Shown piece after piece: positions 8,339 through 18,557 of a stretch of DNA of 64,000 nt. Each line of letters opens with the position of its first letter. Position 1 is the first letter of the stretch. The notes beneath the pieces are model-generated. The model saw only the letters and a list, made by a program, of their open reading frames with translations, searched no databases and had not been told where the DNA came from. The DNA lies in the NCBI GenBank assembly GCA_025453395.1, contig JALOQK010000005.1:12684-76683 (forward strand), read 5' to 3'. Position numbers and translations under genes: made by a program. This DNA is from Candidatus Omnitrophota bacterium (GTDB lineage: Bacteria; Omnitrophota; Gorgyraeia; Gygaellales; Profunditerraquicolaceae).

Positions 8339-9364
8339 ATGCGTAAGTATCTTTATGAAATAATTACCGGTAAAAGAAGAAACCTTTTTCTCGAGGCTGT
8401 TCTTTGGGTATTCTCTTTAGTTTATACAGTGTTTATTCTTCTTATTAGCCGGTTACGCCGAGCTAATCAGCAGGAATTTGCCTGTAAGGTTATAAGCGTG
8501 GGCAATATTACTTTAGGCGGCACGGGAAAAACTGTTTTTGTGCAATTTCTTTGCCGCAGATTATCAAGCCTAGGGAAAAAAGTGGCGGTAGTTTCACGAG
8601 GGTATCGTTTGAATAAAAATGATATTTCGGATGAGCCGCGCATGCTTCAGGAGAAGTTGGGTGATCTTATCCTGGCGGTAATCTTGGATAAAAATCGCGC
8701 GCGCGCAATAAAAAAGGCAATAAGCCTTGGCGCGGATACAGTAATATTGGATGATGGATTTCAACAGTGGGGGATTAAAAAAGATTTGGAGATTGTTACT
8801 TTGGATGCCGGATTTCCTTTTGGAAACAAAAAAGTTTTACCAGCAGGAATTTTACGTGAGCCGTTAGGGTCTCTTGAAAGAGCGGATGTTTTGGTGTTGA
8901 ATAAAATCGAAGACTTTGATACTCAAGATCTAAAGCGTAAACTTCTTGCCTTAAATCCTTCCGGGATTGTTTTAGATATACAATATAAGCCTGTTTATGT
9001 GTTTCCGGTTTGGCTGCCTAAGAAAATAAATGACATCGGTATCTTAAGAGCAAGAAAAATAGTCTCTTTTTGCGGTATCGCCCGGCCAGAATCTTTTCGT
9101 AAAAGCCTCTTAGAATGCCAGGCGCAGATATTGGATGAACTTATTTTTGCGGATCACTATCAGTATTGCTTAAAAGATATTGCGCAGATATCCGGGAAGG
9201 CAAAAGAAGCTGGCGCAGAGTTTATTCTGACCACGGAAAAAGATGCCGCGCGGCTTTCTTTTTTAAAACATGACGATATGAATCTGCCGGTATATGTTTT
9301 AGCTATTGAACCTGTGGTTCTATCTGGCCAGGATAAGTTTAACTTAAAGTTGGAAAATAGTTAA
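8339..9364 (+). CDS. lpxK: Tetraacyldisaccharide 4'-kinase
   Basis: SVGNITLGGTGKT, SRGY, DEP, LDDGFQ, PAGILRE, FADH, TTEKD. Confidence 0.96.
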   Translation: MRKYLYEIITGKRRNLFLEAVLWVFSLVYTVFILLISRLRRANQQEFACKVISVGNITLGGTGKTVFVQFLCRRLSSLGKKVAVVSRGYRLNKNDISDEPRMLQEKLGDLILAVILDKNRARAIKKAISLGADTVILDDGFQQWGIKKDLEIVTLDAGFPFGNKKVLPAGILREPLGSLERADVLVLNKIEDFDTQDLKRKLLALNPSGIVLDIQYKPVYVFPVWLPKKINDIGILRARKIVSFCGIARPESFRKSLLECQAQILDELIFADHYQYCLKDIAQISGKAKEAGAEFILTTEKDAARLSFLKHDDMNLPVYVLAIEPVVLSGQDKFNLKLENS

Positions 9365-9366
9365 TA

Positions 9367-11307
9367 ATGAAAAAAAATTCTATTATAGACTACAGCGCTT
9401 ATATTATTTTAAGGTTCTTTGGCCCTGTTTTAAGGGCCATCCCTGTGCCTTTAGCGCTTTTCTTGGGCCGGATACTCGGGGGCATTGTTTATACCTTTGA
9501 CCATAGGCACCGCTGTTTGGTTTTTGCAAATATAAAAACCGCTATGGGTGAAAACATGGCGCCCTGTCAGGTAAAGAAGATAACAGCTAGGTTTTACGCG
9601 CATCTGGGGCAGACCGTGATTGAGCTTTTTCTTATCCCCAAGGTGGACAGGAAATACATAGATAAATATATAAGTTTTGAGGGGTGGGAAAATGTGGATA
9701 CGGCAGCCAAAAGCGACAGGCCGGTTATATTTCTGGCAGTGCATGCCGGTAACTGGGAACTTTCTAATATTATCTGCGCTAATTTAGGGATTAATTTTAG
9801 TGTTTTTGTCAGGGACCAAAGCCTGCCGCATTTGGATAATCTTTTAAATCAACATCGGCAGTCAAAATCCTGCAGGATCATCCATCGGGAAAATCAATTA
9901 CGCCAATTTATTCAAATCTTAAAAGATAAGGAATCTGTAGGCATGACGGTGGACCAGGGCGGGAAAAACGGCGTATTGATAGATTTTTTAGGCAAGCCTT
10001 CGTCTATGGGAATTGGAGCGGTGAAATTTGCCCGTAAATATGGGGCGTTGATCGTGCCGGTTTATTTTACGCGTATTAAGGGTCCGTATCAGAAAGTGAT
10101 TGTCCGGCCCCCCATTGAACCTAAGCATTCTCAAGATGAAGACAGGGATATGCGCGATAACTTGGAGCACATAGTTAGGATCTTAGAAAAGATTGTTTAT
10201 CAGTATCCCTATGATTATCTTTGGCTGAATAAGATCTGGAAATATTCTAACAAGAAGAATATCCTTGTCTTAAGCGACGCCAAGGCCGGCCATTTAAACC
10301 AATCGCGCGCTGCGGCAGAACTTGTGCAGGAGGTTTTCCTGAAAAAAGGTATTACCGCCAGTGTCAAAATTATCCCTGTAGAGTTTAAGAGCAAATTTAA
10401 AGAGCTTCTTTTTAAAATAGGGTTGTTGTTCTCCGGGCCATTTAGTTGTCAGGGTTGCCTTTGGTGCCTAAGGGCTTTTTTAAAAGATGAAAATTATCTT
10501 GATCTTTGGAAAGAAAAGCCCGATGTGGTTATTTCCGCGGGTTCTTCTCTGGCAGGGATAAATTTTCTTGTTGCCCGCCAAAACCTTTCTAAATCAGTAG
10601 CGATCATGCGCCCCGGTTTCTTAAGTTTGTCGCGTTTTAATCTGGTGATTGCCCCCCGCCATGACCGTTTAGCAGAAAGAAAGAACGTGGCAATTACTGA
10701 AGGCGCGTTAAACTTAGTAAATGCAAAATACCTGAAAGAGCAGGCGGAGAAATTCCGAAAGGAATTTAAGCTTGAAGGCTCTAATGATAATTTCTTAGGA
10801 GTTTTAATCGGCGGAGATTCAAAGGGATTCTTTCTTGATGCAGATAAAGTTTCTTTTGTCCTTGAAAAGGTAAAAGAACAAGCCAAAGTTTTGGGCGCGC
10901 GGATCTTACTTACTACTTCCCGGCGCACAAGTTCAAAAATAGAAGAGGCCATCCGTGAAAAATTAAAAGATTCGCCGGATGCTATTTTGATCATTGCCAA
11001 TCAAAATAATTTTTCTTTTGCTTTGGGAGGGATTTTAGGTTTATCTAGTGTGGTTATTTGCTCTGCGGAAAGTATTTCTATGGTTTCCGAGGCAGCCAGT
11101 TCTGGAAAAAAGGTAATAGTTTTCCAAAGCCCGGGCTTAAGCGATAAGCATAATAGATTTCTTGCTAATTTAAAAAAGAAAGGTTTTATTTCTTATGTTG
11201 AGCCGGACAAGGTAAAAGAGGAAATAGAAAATTTATTTGTTAAAAAGGACAATCCTGTGTTAGATGATAAAAAGAAAATCACTGAAATTCTGGAGCGCAC
11301 ATTATGA
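9367..11307 (+). CDS. Lipid A acyltransferase (LpxL-like) fused to an ELM1/GtrOC1-like domain
   Basis: N-half has HAGNWE, VDQ and YLWLNKIWK. C-half has LSDAKAGHLNQS, PRHD, LIGG, TTSRRT and ESISMVSEA. Confidence 0.85.
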   Translation: MKKNSIIDYSAYIILRFFGPVLRAIPVPLALFLGRILGGIVYTFDHRHRCLVFANIKTAMGENMAPCQVKKITARFYAHLGQTVIELFLIPKVDRKYIDKYISFEGWENVDTAAKSDRPVIFLAVHAGNWELSNIICANLGINFSVFVRDQSLPHLDNLLNQHRQSKSCRIIHRENQLRQFIQILKDKESVGMTVDQGGKNGVLIDFLGKPSSMGIGAVKFARKYGALIVPVYFTRIKGPYQKVIVRPPIEPKHSQDEDRDMRDNLEHIVRILEKIVYQYPYDYLWLNKIWKYSNKKNILVLSDAKAGHLNQSRAAAELVQEVFLKKGITASVKIIPVEFKSKFKELLFKIGLLFSGPFSCQGCLWCLRAFLKDENYLDLWKEKPDVVISAGSSLAGINFLVARQNLSKSVAIMRPGFLSLSRFNLVIAPRHDRLAERKNVAITEGALNLVNAKYLKEQAEKFRKEFKLEGSNDNFLGVLIGGDSKGFFLDADKVSFVLEKVKEQAKVLGARILLTTSRRTSSKIEEAIREKLKDSPDAILIIANQNNFSFALGGILGLSSVVICSAESISMVSEAASSGKKVIVFQSPGLSDKHNRFLANLKKKGFISYVEPDKVKEEIENLFVKKDNPVLDDKKKITEILERTL

Positions 11308-13391
11308 ACGTACTTCAAGTTTTACCACAGCTTCGTGTAGGGGGTGTTGAGACCGGCACCGTAGATTTGGCCCGGGAACTTGTTAAGTTGGGGCACAAGG
11401 CAATAGTTGTTTCAGCCGGGGGAGAATTAGTCAAAGAATTAGAAGCCTGTGGCGTAAAACACTATTTTCTGCCGGTGCATGAGAAATCTCTTTGGGCGAT
11501 ATTTAAGTCAACCCGCGCCTTAGCAGAAATTATCCGCAAGGAAGAAATTGATATTGTGCATGCGCGCTCTAGGGCTCCGGCATGGAGCGCTTTTTTTGCC
11601 TGCCGCATGACAGCAGCAGTGTTTGTAACTACCTGTCATGGTTTTTATAGCAAGCATCCCTTTAGTTATGTTATGGGCTGGGGCAAGCGCGTAATAGTTT
11701 TAAGTAACGCCATTGCCCATAGGATGATCCATGATTTTAATGTCCCTCACGAGCGCGTGCGCCTTATCGCGCGAAGTGTTTCTTTGGACAAATTTCAATA
11801 TGCCGACCCAGGGCCCAAGCGCAAAAAGGTCTTTAACGTCGGGATCATCGCGCGCATAACTCCGATCAAGGGGCATATGGATTTTATAAAGGCAATGCAT
11901 AAACTAAGCAAGCATGTGCCGCATTTAAAGATATGGATAGTAGGCGATGCCCCGGAATCAAAGTTAGCTTATAAAGAACAGCTGCAGGTTTTAGTGCGAA
12001 GGCTTGGGCTTTGGCATTGCACGGATTTCTTAGGCGTGCAGAGGGATATTCCGGGAGTGCTCAAAGGGCTTGACGCGGTTGTGCTGCCTACTGTTACCCA
12101 AGAGGCCTTTGGCAGGGCGATCATTGAGGCGCAAGCTTGTGGCGTGCCGGTTGTAGCTACCAAAGTCGGAGGCGTGGTAGATGTGATCGATGATCAAAAG
12201 ACCGGGGTATTAGTGCCTGTATCCAGCCCCCAGGCCATATCAGAGGCGCTTCTTAAGATTTATAAGGACAAAGATTTCGCCTCTTCGCTGGCAAAAGCTG
12301 CTTACGATAAATTAAAAGAAAAATATACATTGGAACTTATGGTAGAGAAAACTCTGGAAGTGTACAAAGAGGCGCTTTCAGAGAAAAGGGCGCTTATTAT
12401 TAAGATCGGCTCCATAGGAGACGTTATTCTTTCTACTTATGCCATAAATCAGATCCGCAGTAAATTGCCTGCAAATTATAAGATAAGTTTCTTAGTGGGC
12501 GAGAAATGCAGGGACCTGCTTTTTCACTGCCCTTACATAGAAGAACTTTTAGTTTGTGATTTTAAAAACCGCGACAAAGGCTTAAAAGGCCTGTGGCGTT
12601 TGGGTAAAAGATTAAGGAAAAGCCAGTTTGATATGGTTATCGACCTGCAGAATAACCGCACCAGCCACCTGCTTTCATATTTGACTTTAAGCTTGTATCG
12701 TTATGGTTATTCTGATAGGAAATTTGGTTTTCTTTTAAACCGGGGGGTAAAACAAAATAAAGGCCATTATCCTGCGCTTGAGCATCAATTCAAGATACTT
12801 GAGCCGTTGGGAATAAAATTAGAAAACCCGCGCCTTCAGGTCTGGCCAGACCAGAAAGACAGGGAATATATAGAGCAGTTTTTAGGTTCTCAATGGTTAA
12901 GTTACCATCAAAAACTTGTCGGGATTAATTTAAGCGCCAGCACCAGATGGCAGAGTAAGAATCTTCCGCTTGCTACCATTGCTAAGGTTTGTGAGCAGTT
13001 GGAGCAGAAGAAAATAAGGGTTGTAGTTTGCGGTGAAGAAAAGGATAAGATGCTTGCGGAAAACCTGATCAGTATAGCCAAGAACGCCAAAGTCATTAAC
13101 GCCTGCGGCAAGACCAGTATTAATCAATTAGCTTCTTTGATCAAGAAGTGCGCGGTATTTATTTCGCCGGATTCGGCGCCTTTGCATATTGCTTCTGCGG
13201 CGGAAACTTCTTTCGTGGCTTTGTTCGGGCCAACTGACCCTAAGCGCCATATGCATGCTTCGGGCAAATATAAGCTTATCAGAAAAGATTTAAGTTGCTC
13301 GCCTTGTTATAAACCGCATTGCGCTAAGGCGCGATGCATGAAGATGATAACTGCTGAAGAAATAGTGGAAGCGGTGGAGGAGTTACTTTAG
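11304..13391 (+). CDS. GT4 glycosyltransferase fused to a GT9 heptosyltransferase
   Basis: GGVETG, HARSR and EAFGRAIIEAQACG (GT4); IGDVIL, DSAPLHIA and LFGPT (GT9). Confidence 0.9.
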   Translation: MNVLQVLPQLRVGGVETGTVDLARELVKLGHKAIVVSAGGELVKELEACGVKHYFLPVHEKSLWAIFKSTRALAEIIRKEEIDIVHARSRAPAWSAFFACRMTAAVFVTTCHGFYSKHPFSYVMGWGKRVIVLSNAIAHRMIHDFNVPHERVRLIARSVSLDKFQYADPGPKRKKVFNVGIIARITPIKGHMDFIKAMHKLSKHVPHLKIWIVGDAPESKLAYKEQLQVLVRRLGLWHCTDFLGVQRDIPGVLKGLDAVVLPTVTQEAFGRAIIEAQACGVPVVATKVGGVVDVIDDQKTGVLVPVSSPQAISEALLKIYKDKDFASSLAKAAYDKLKEKYTLELMVEKTLEVYKEALSEKRALIIKIGSIGDVILSTYAINQIRSKLPANYKISFLVGEKCRDLLFHCPYIEELLVCDFKNRDKGLKGLWRLGKRLRKSQFDMVIDLQNNRTSHLLSYLTLSLYRYGYSDRKFGFLLNRGVKQNKGHYPALEHQFKILEPLGIKLENPRLQVWPDQKDREYIEQFLGSQWLSYHQKLVGINLSASTRWQSKNLPLATIAKVCEQLEQKKIRVVVCGEEKDKMLAENLISIAKNAKVINACGKTSINQLASLIKKCAVFISPDSAPLHIASAAETSFVALFGPTDPKRHMHASGKYKLIRKDLSCSPCYKPHCAKARCMKMITAEEIVEAVEELL

Positions 13392-13555
13392 CTAAAAATT
13401 CAAAGCTAAAAGCTAAAAACCATAATTAAAAATTCAAAACCTTAAAAACGAAAAGGTTAAAGCGTAAAGTGCAAAATGTAATGTATTTGTTTTTAGTTTT
13501 TAATTTTAAGTTTTCGTTTTTCGCTTTACGTTTTACGCTTTTAGTTTATAACTAT
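13391..13555. repeat. Period-7 inverted-arm element, family B
   Basis: aaaattc aaagcta aaagcta aaaaccataatta aaaattc ... then ttttagt ttttaat tttaagt tttcgtt tttcgct ttacgtt ttacgct. Confidence 0.9.
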
Positions 13556-13586
13556 TTTTTTGGTAACTCGTGGATAGAAGAGGGCT

Positions 13587-14684
13587 ATGAATATCTTACT
13601 TTTAGCCAATCACTTTAATACCGGAGGCATTTCAAGCTACATCTTGACACTTGCCAAGGGTTTAAAGAAATTAGGCCATAATATTTATGTTGCTTCCGGT
13701 AGCGGAGAGCTTGTTTCGGCTCTTGAGCAAGAAAGATTCGGTTATATCCGTGTTCCGCTTAAGACTAAAGCCGAATTAAGCATTAATGTTTTGGTTAGTT
13801 TTTTTAAGCTTTTTCCGGAAATAAAAAAGAAAAATATCCAGATTATTCATGCCAATACGCGGGTAACACAAGTCTTGGCGTGTTTATTAAGCCGGTTTTC
13901 AGGAAAGCCATTTGTTTCTACCTGCCACGGGTTTTTCAAGAAGAGATTGTTGCGCCGGATATTCCCTTGCTGGGGTGTTTGTGTTATTGCTGTAAGCAGT
14001 CAAGTAAAAGATCATCTTGTGCAAGATTTTAATGTTCCCGAGGACAATATTGAACTTATCGCCAACGGTATCGATATAGCTAAGTTTAGCTTTCAGCTGT
14101 CAACTGTTAACTGTCAGCAAAAAATAAAATTCGGACTTGGGGAAGGCCCGGTAGTAGGGATTGTGGCAAGATTATCTGAAGTTAAGGGCCATGTCTATCT
14201 TATCCGGGCGATGCAGAGGGTTGTAGAGAAATTCCCCCAGGCGAAGCTGCTTATCGCAGGAGAGGGAAAGATAAAAACAAGCCTTGAGAGGCTGGTTCAA
14301 CAGCTGGGAATAGCTAAAAGCGTATTTTTTGTTCCCAATGTTAAAGACACAAGAGATGTCTTATCGGTGATGGATATATTTGTGCTTTCTTCTTTGCAGG
14401 AGGGATTAGGCCTAAGCCTGATGGAGGCGATGTGTATGGGCAAGGCGGTTATTGGTTCTTCCGTAGGAGGCATTAAGACCCTGATCTGCCATGGGGAAAA
14501 CGGTTTATTGGTGGCTGCGGCAGACGTCAGCGGCTTGTCGGCTGCGATTATTCGCCTTCTCGAGGACAAAAGAGAAAGAGAATTGCTGGGGGTAAACGCG
14601 CGCGAATTCATCTGCGCTAACTTTTCGCAGAGTAAAATGGCGCTTCAAACAGAAAGGGTTTATAAAGAATGCGTAAATTCCTGA
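13587..14684 (+). CDS. GT4 family glycosyltransferase
   Basis: GGIS, TCHG, ARLSEVKGH, EGLGLSLMEAM. Confidence 0.92.
   Translation: MNILLLANHFNTGGISSYILTLAKGLKKLGHNIYVASGSGELVSALEQERFGYIRVPLKTKAELSINVLVSFFKLFPEIKKKNIQIIHANTRVTQVLACLLSRFSGKPFVSTCHGFFKKRLLRRIFPCWGVCVIAVSSQVKDHLVQDFNVPEDNIELIANGIDIAKFSFQLSTVNCQQKIKFGLGEGPVVGIVARLSEVKGHVYLIRAMQRVVEKFPQAKLLIAGEGKIKTSLERLVQQLGIAKSVFFVPNVKDTRDVLSVMDIFVLSSLQEGLGLSLMEAMCMGKAVIGSSVGGIKTLICHGENGLLVAAADVSGLSAAIIRLLEDKRERELLGVNAREFICANFSQSKMALQTERVYKECVNS
14086..14120. repeat. Five degenerate family D heptamers, in frame inside the GT4 gene
   Basis: TTAGCTT TCAGCTG TCAACTG TTAACTG TCAGCAA, encoding FSFQLSTVNCQQ. Confidence 0.75.
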
Positions 14685-15481
14685 TTACGATTTGTGTTTT
14701 ATTTATTTTTATCGGCGGGTTAATTCTTGGTTTAGGGATGTTCTTTAAGGATAAATACGCGCCGGTTGTGCTTATGTATCATATGGTCTATCCTCAAGCG
14801 GAAAGCCGCTATAAGGCAGCGATCAGAGATGTTACCTTTGCCGCCCAGATGCGTTTTTTGCATAAGCATCAATATAAAGTTGTAACCCTTCAGGCTTTGA
14901 CAGAGTTAATTAAGCGTAAAGAGAAAATACCAGCTAAGACAATAGCTATTACTTTTGACGACGGATATAATGATAATCTGCATTACGCGTTTCCCATCTT
15001 GAAGAAATACAATTTTCCGGTAACTATATTTATTATTGTGGATGAGGCGGGGGTAAATCCGCAAAAGCTTAACTGGAGGCAGATTAAGCTTATGCAAGAT
15101 TCAGGGCTTGTTACTTTTGGCAGCCACTGCCTCGGCACAGAGCCTTTGACAAACCTTCAGCCTTTTGAGCAAAAAAGGCAGATCGTTGAATCCAAGAGAA
15201 TATTGGAGAATAGATTAGGCGCACAGGTGAAATTCTTCAGTTATCCCGAAGGAAAGTTTACTGCGCCTATCCGACAAATGGTAATTGACGCCGGTTACGC
15301 CGCAGCAGTTGCCACTACCCCGGGAGTAAATTATCCTAATGATGATATCTTCGCCATAAAACGCGTCCGGGTTTCAGAGGTTAAGTTCAGGGATTTATCT
15401 TTTGCCATTAAGCTTACCGGATTATATAACTATATCGTGGAATCGCGCAAAGACAAAAAACAAAGAAAGCATGCCAGATAG
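14669..15481 (+). CDS. Polysaccharide deacetylase (CE4) with N-terminal anchor
   Basis: LMYH, ITFDDGY, GSH, FSYPEG. Confidence 0.92.
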   Translation: MRKFLITICVLFIFIGGLILGLGMFFKDKYAPVVLMYHMVYPQAESRYKAAIRDVTFAAQMRFLHKHQYKVVTLQALTELIKRKEKIPAKTIAITFDDGYNDNLHYAFPILKKYNFPVTIFIIVDEAGVNPQKLNWRQIKLMQDSGLVTFGSHCLGTEPLTNLQPFEQKRQIVESKRILENRLGAQVKFFSYPEGKFTAPIRQMVIDAGYAAAVATTPGVNYPNDDIFAIKRVRVSEVKFRDLSFAIKLTGLYNYIVESRKDKKQRKHAR

Positions 15482-16484
15482 AATATTGGTATTTAACGTA
15501 AATTGGCTGGGGGATGTGCTTTTTTCTACTGCCTCTATCCGTAATTTAAGGCGTAATTACCCCAAAAGTTTTATCGCTTGCGTTATCCCAAGCCGCTGTT
15601 ATCCGGTGTTAAAGGGTAACCCAAATTTAGACCAGATTATTATCTATGACGAGCAAGACCGGCATAAAAGTTTGCTTGCCAAGATTTCCTTTATAAAAAC
15701 GCTTGCCGGCAAGAGATTTGATATGGGTATTCTTTTGCACGGCTCATTAACAAGGGCTTTGATCTTAAGGTTAGCCGGAATTAAGCAAATAATCGGCTAT
15801 AATACCAAACACCGCGGGTTTCTTCTTGATAAAAAGATTCCCTTGCCTAAGAAAGATTCATTGCACCGGATTGATTATTACCTGAATATTCTTGAAAAGT
15901 CAGGCTTAAGGGTAGAGGATAGGTTTCTGGAATTTTTTATAAACGATGAAGACGAAATTTTTGTTGCAGATTTTCTCAAGCGCAATTCTCTAAACTCGGA
16001 TGACCTTATAGTGGGGCTTAACCCCGCAGGCAACTGGCTTTTAAAGCGCTGGCCTAAGCAATATTGGGCAGGCTTAGCCGACAGGTTAATCAATGATTAT
16101 AACGCTAAAGTAGTTATTACCGGCAGCCCTGATGACCTTAAGCTTGCTGGCGAAATAGGCAAACTTATGATAGGCAGGCCTGTTGTGTCTTGCGGGATGA
16201 ATTTAAAACAATCCGCCGCGCTTTTTAAGAAATTAAATTTATTTATTTCTGCTGATAGCGGCCCCTTGCACATTGCTAACGCCGTAGGCGCCAAGAAAAT
16301 TATCGCGCTTTTTGGGCCGACTGATATTAATATTACCGGCCCGTTTCCGTTAAACAATGTAGTTGTTCTTCAGAAAGATTCTGGGTGCAAAATTCCCTGT
16401 TATGATTTGGATTGTAGCGATAACCGCTGTATGCGCGCAATAACCCCGGAGGATGTTTTAAGAGAATGCAAAAAGATACTATAA
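15471..16484 (+). CDS. waaF: LPS heptosyltransferase II-like (GT9)
   Basis: NWLGDVLF, KRWP, DSGPLHIA, LFGPT; start reassigned to ATG 15471. Confidence 0.8.
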   Translation: MPDRILVFNVNWLGDVLFSTASIRNLRRNYPKSFIACVIPSRCYPVLKGNPNLDQIIIYDEQDRHKSLLAKISFIKTLAGKRFDMGILLHGSLTRALILRLAGIKQIIGYNTKHRGFLLDKKIPLPKKDSLHRIDYYLNILEKSGLRVEDRFLEFFINDEDEIFVADFLKRNSLNSDDLIVGLNPAGNWLLKRWPKQYWAGLADRLINDYNAKVVITGSPDDLKLAGEIGKLMIGRPVVSCGMNLKQSAALFKKLNLFISADSGPLHIANAVGAKKIIALFGPTDINITGPFPLNNVVVLQKDSGCKIPCYDLDCSDNRCMRAITPEDVLRECKKIL

Positions 16485-18481
16485 AGAAAATTTTATTTAT
16501 AAGTTTAAGCAATATCGGAGATGTGGTTTTAACACTTCCGGTTTTGGATGTCCTGCGCCATAATTTTCCAAGTGCCAAGATTACCGCTATCTGCTCGCCT
16601 CGTCCGGGAGAGATTTTATCGAAAAGCCCCGCGGTAGATGAATTTATTCCCTATAATAAGCATGCCAAGTTAAAAGAAAAGATAAAATTATTTTTTACCT
16701 TAAGCCGGGCGCGTTTTGATCTTGTCGTAGACTTAAGAAACAGCGTCTTTGGATTATTCTTGCCGGCGCGCTACAGCGTGTCGCCTTTTTTAACGCTTTT
16801 TGCCAGTAAAAATCTGCACCGCAGGGAAAAGCATCTTGGGCTTTTGAAGAAATTAATGCCGCAGTTGGATTATAACGCGCCAGCCTGTTCTATGCCTTTG
16901 GCTAAGGCATCTTCAGAGGATAAGGTGATTGTTATCTGCCCGGGAGCACGAAGCCATATTAAGCGTTGGAGTGAAGATAAATTTAGCGTTCTTATCGGGG
17001 ATTTAGCCAAAGAATTTAAGATGCGCATTGTTTTAGTCGGAGATAAGCAGGATATCCCGATAGGCGAGAAGATTGTTTCTTGCTGTAAATGCGAGATCAC
17101 TAATCTTATCGGGAAAACCGATTTTAATCAATTGGCATCTTTAATGCGTCAAGCCGCTTTTGTAATTACTAATGACAGCGCTTGTTTGCATTTTGCAAGT
17201 TATTTAGACGCTCCTACAGTAGCAATCTTCGGGCCGACCGATGAAAATAAATACGGGGCATGGTCAAGTTTATCAAGAACAGTTAAAAAAGATGTTTTCT
17301 GCCGGCCCTGTGAAAAAGCGCAGTGTCAATTCGGCACGATACAATGCATGAAAATAATCCAGCCGGAAGACGTGTTAAGGCAGGTCAGGGAAATCTTGAA
17401 TTCAGAATTCAGAATTCAGAATTCTGAACAAACGCAACAACGATGCCAATACAAAAGAATATTGGTTTGCAGGACGGATAGGATTGGGGATGTTTTGCTT
17501 TCTACGCCAGTAATCATGAATTTACGAGCTGCGTTTGCGCAAAGTTATATCGCGATGTTAGCCTGCGAGCCGCTTAAGCAGGTATTAGAGCTTAATCCGT
17601 GTCTTGATGAAGTGATTATTTATGACAAAGATAAAAAGCATAAAGATTTCAAAGGCACCCGGGAACTTGCTAAGCAGTTGCGCCAAAAGAATTTTGATTT
17701 GGCAATCGTGCTGCATCCGGTAAACCGCGTGCATATAGCGCTTTTCTTGGCAGGGATCAAAAAACGTTTAGGCTATAATCGCAAGTTGGGATTTTTGTTG
17801 ACGGATAAATTAAAACATACTAAGCAATTAGGCGAAAAACACGAGCTGGAATACAATCTTGATCTGTTGCGTTATCTGGGGATGGAAGATTTAGATAAAA
17901 AGCTTTTTATGCCCTTGTCAGAAGAGTCAGAGGCAAAAATAGAGCGGTTGATTGTTAACGAAGGTATATACAAAGGCGAAAGATATATTGTGGTTCATCC
18001 CGGAGCAAGCTGTCCTTCTAAGATATGGCCAGTAGAGAATTTTGCTTCTGTAGCAGAAGAATTAGCCGCCAAACATAAATTTAAAGTAGTGATTGTTTCC
18101 GGAGAAAAAGACGCTTCTTTAGGAAGAGAAATAAAAGATATGATGCAGTTAAGAGCGATTAATCTCTGCGGCAGGCTTAATCTTCTGGAATTGGCAAGTT
18201 TATTAAAAAGAGCAAGCCTGTTTATCTCTAATGATTCCGGCCCGGTGCATATTGCCTGCGCGGTTGGCACGCCGGTAATTTCTATTTTTGGCAGGAATCA
18301 GCCTGGCCTGGGCCCCAAACGCTGGGGACCCTTGGGAGAAAAAAACGCCTATCTGCATAATCCTCCTGATGATTGTGCTGTTTGCCTGGCGCATAACTGC
18401 AAGAAAGGCTTTGCCTGCTTAAAGGCGATTACTGTAAGAGATGTTGTAGCTTTGGCAGAGAAGCTGATAAATTTGCAATAA
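16466..18481 (+). CDS. Tandem double GT9 heptosyltransferase
   Basis: Two complete GT9 units (IGDVVL..NDSACLH..FGPT and IGDVLL..NDSGPVH..FG) joined by a linker. Confidence 0.9.
   Translation: MQKDTIKKILFISLSNIGDVVLTLPVLDVLRHNFPSAKITAICSPRPGEILSKSPAVDEFIPYNKHAKLKEKIKLFFTLSRARFDLVVDLRNSVFGLFLPARYSVSPFLTLFASKNLHRREKHLGLLKKLMPQLDYNAPACSMPLAKASSEDKVIVICPGARSHIKRWSEDKFSVLIGDLAKEFKMRIVLVGDKQDIPIGEKIVSCCKCEITNLIGKTDFNQLASLMRQAAFVITNDSACLHFASYLDAPTVAIFGPTDENKYGAWSSLSRTVKKDVFCRPCEKAQCQFGTIQCMKIIQPEDVLRQVREILNSEFRIQNSEQTQQRCQYKRILVCRTDRIGDVLLSTPVIMNLRAAFAQSYIAMLACEPLKQVLELNPCLDEVIIYDKDKKHKDFKGTRELAKQLRQKNFDLAIVLHPVNRVHIALFLAGIKKRLGYNRKLGFLLTDKLKHTKQLGEKHELEYNLDLLRYLGMEDLDKKLFMPLSEESEAKIERLIVNEGIYKGERYIVVHPGASCPSKIWPVENFASVAEELAAKHKFKVVIVSGEKDASLGREIKDMMQLRAINLCGRLNLLELASLLKRASLFISNDSGPVHIACAVGTPVISIFGRNQPGLGPKRWGPLGEKNAYLHNPPDDCAVCLAHNCKKGFACLKAITVRDVVALAEKLINLQ
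17398..17432. repeat. (GAATTCA)n heptamers, in frame in the GT9-GT9 linker
   Basis: gaattca gaattca gaattca gaattct gaacaaa, encoding NSEFRIQNSEQ. Confidence 0.9.
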
Positions 18482-18495
18482 GGGCTATTTTTTGT

Positions 18496-18524
18496 TTTAC
18501 GCCTTCTAGTATTTGTGTTACAAT
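18496..18524 (+). promoter_or_regulatory. Sigma70-type promoter
   Basis: TTTACG-17 nt-TACAAT with TG extension. Confidence 0.5.
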
Positions 18525-18557
18525 TATAGGTCGCCATAATAATATAATACAAATAAG

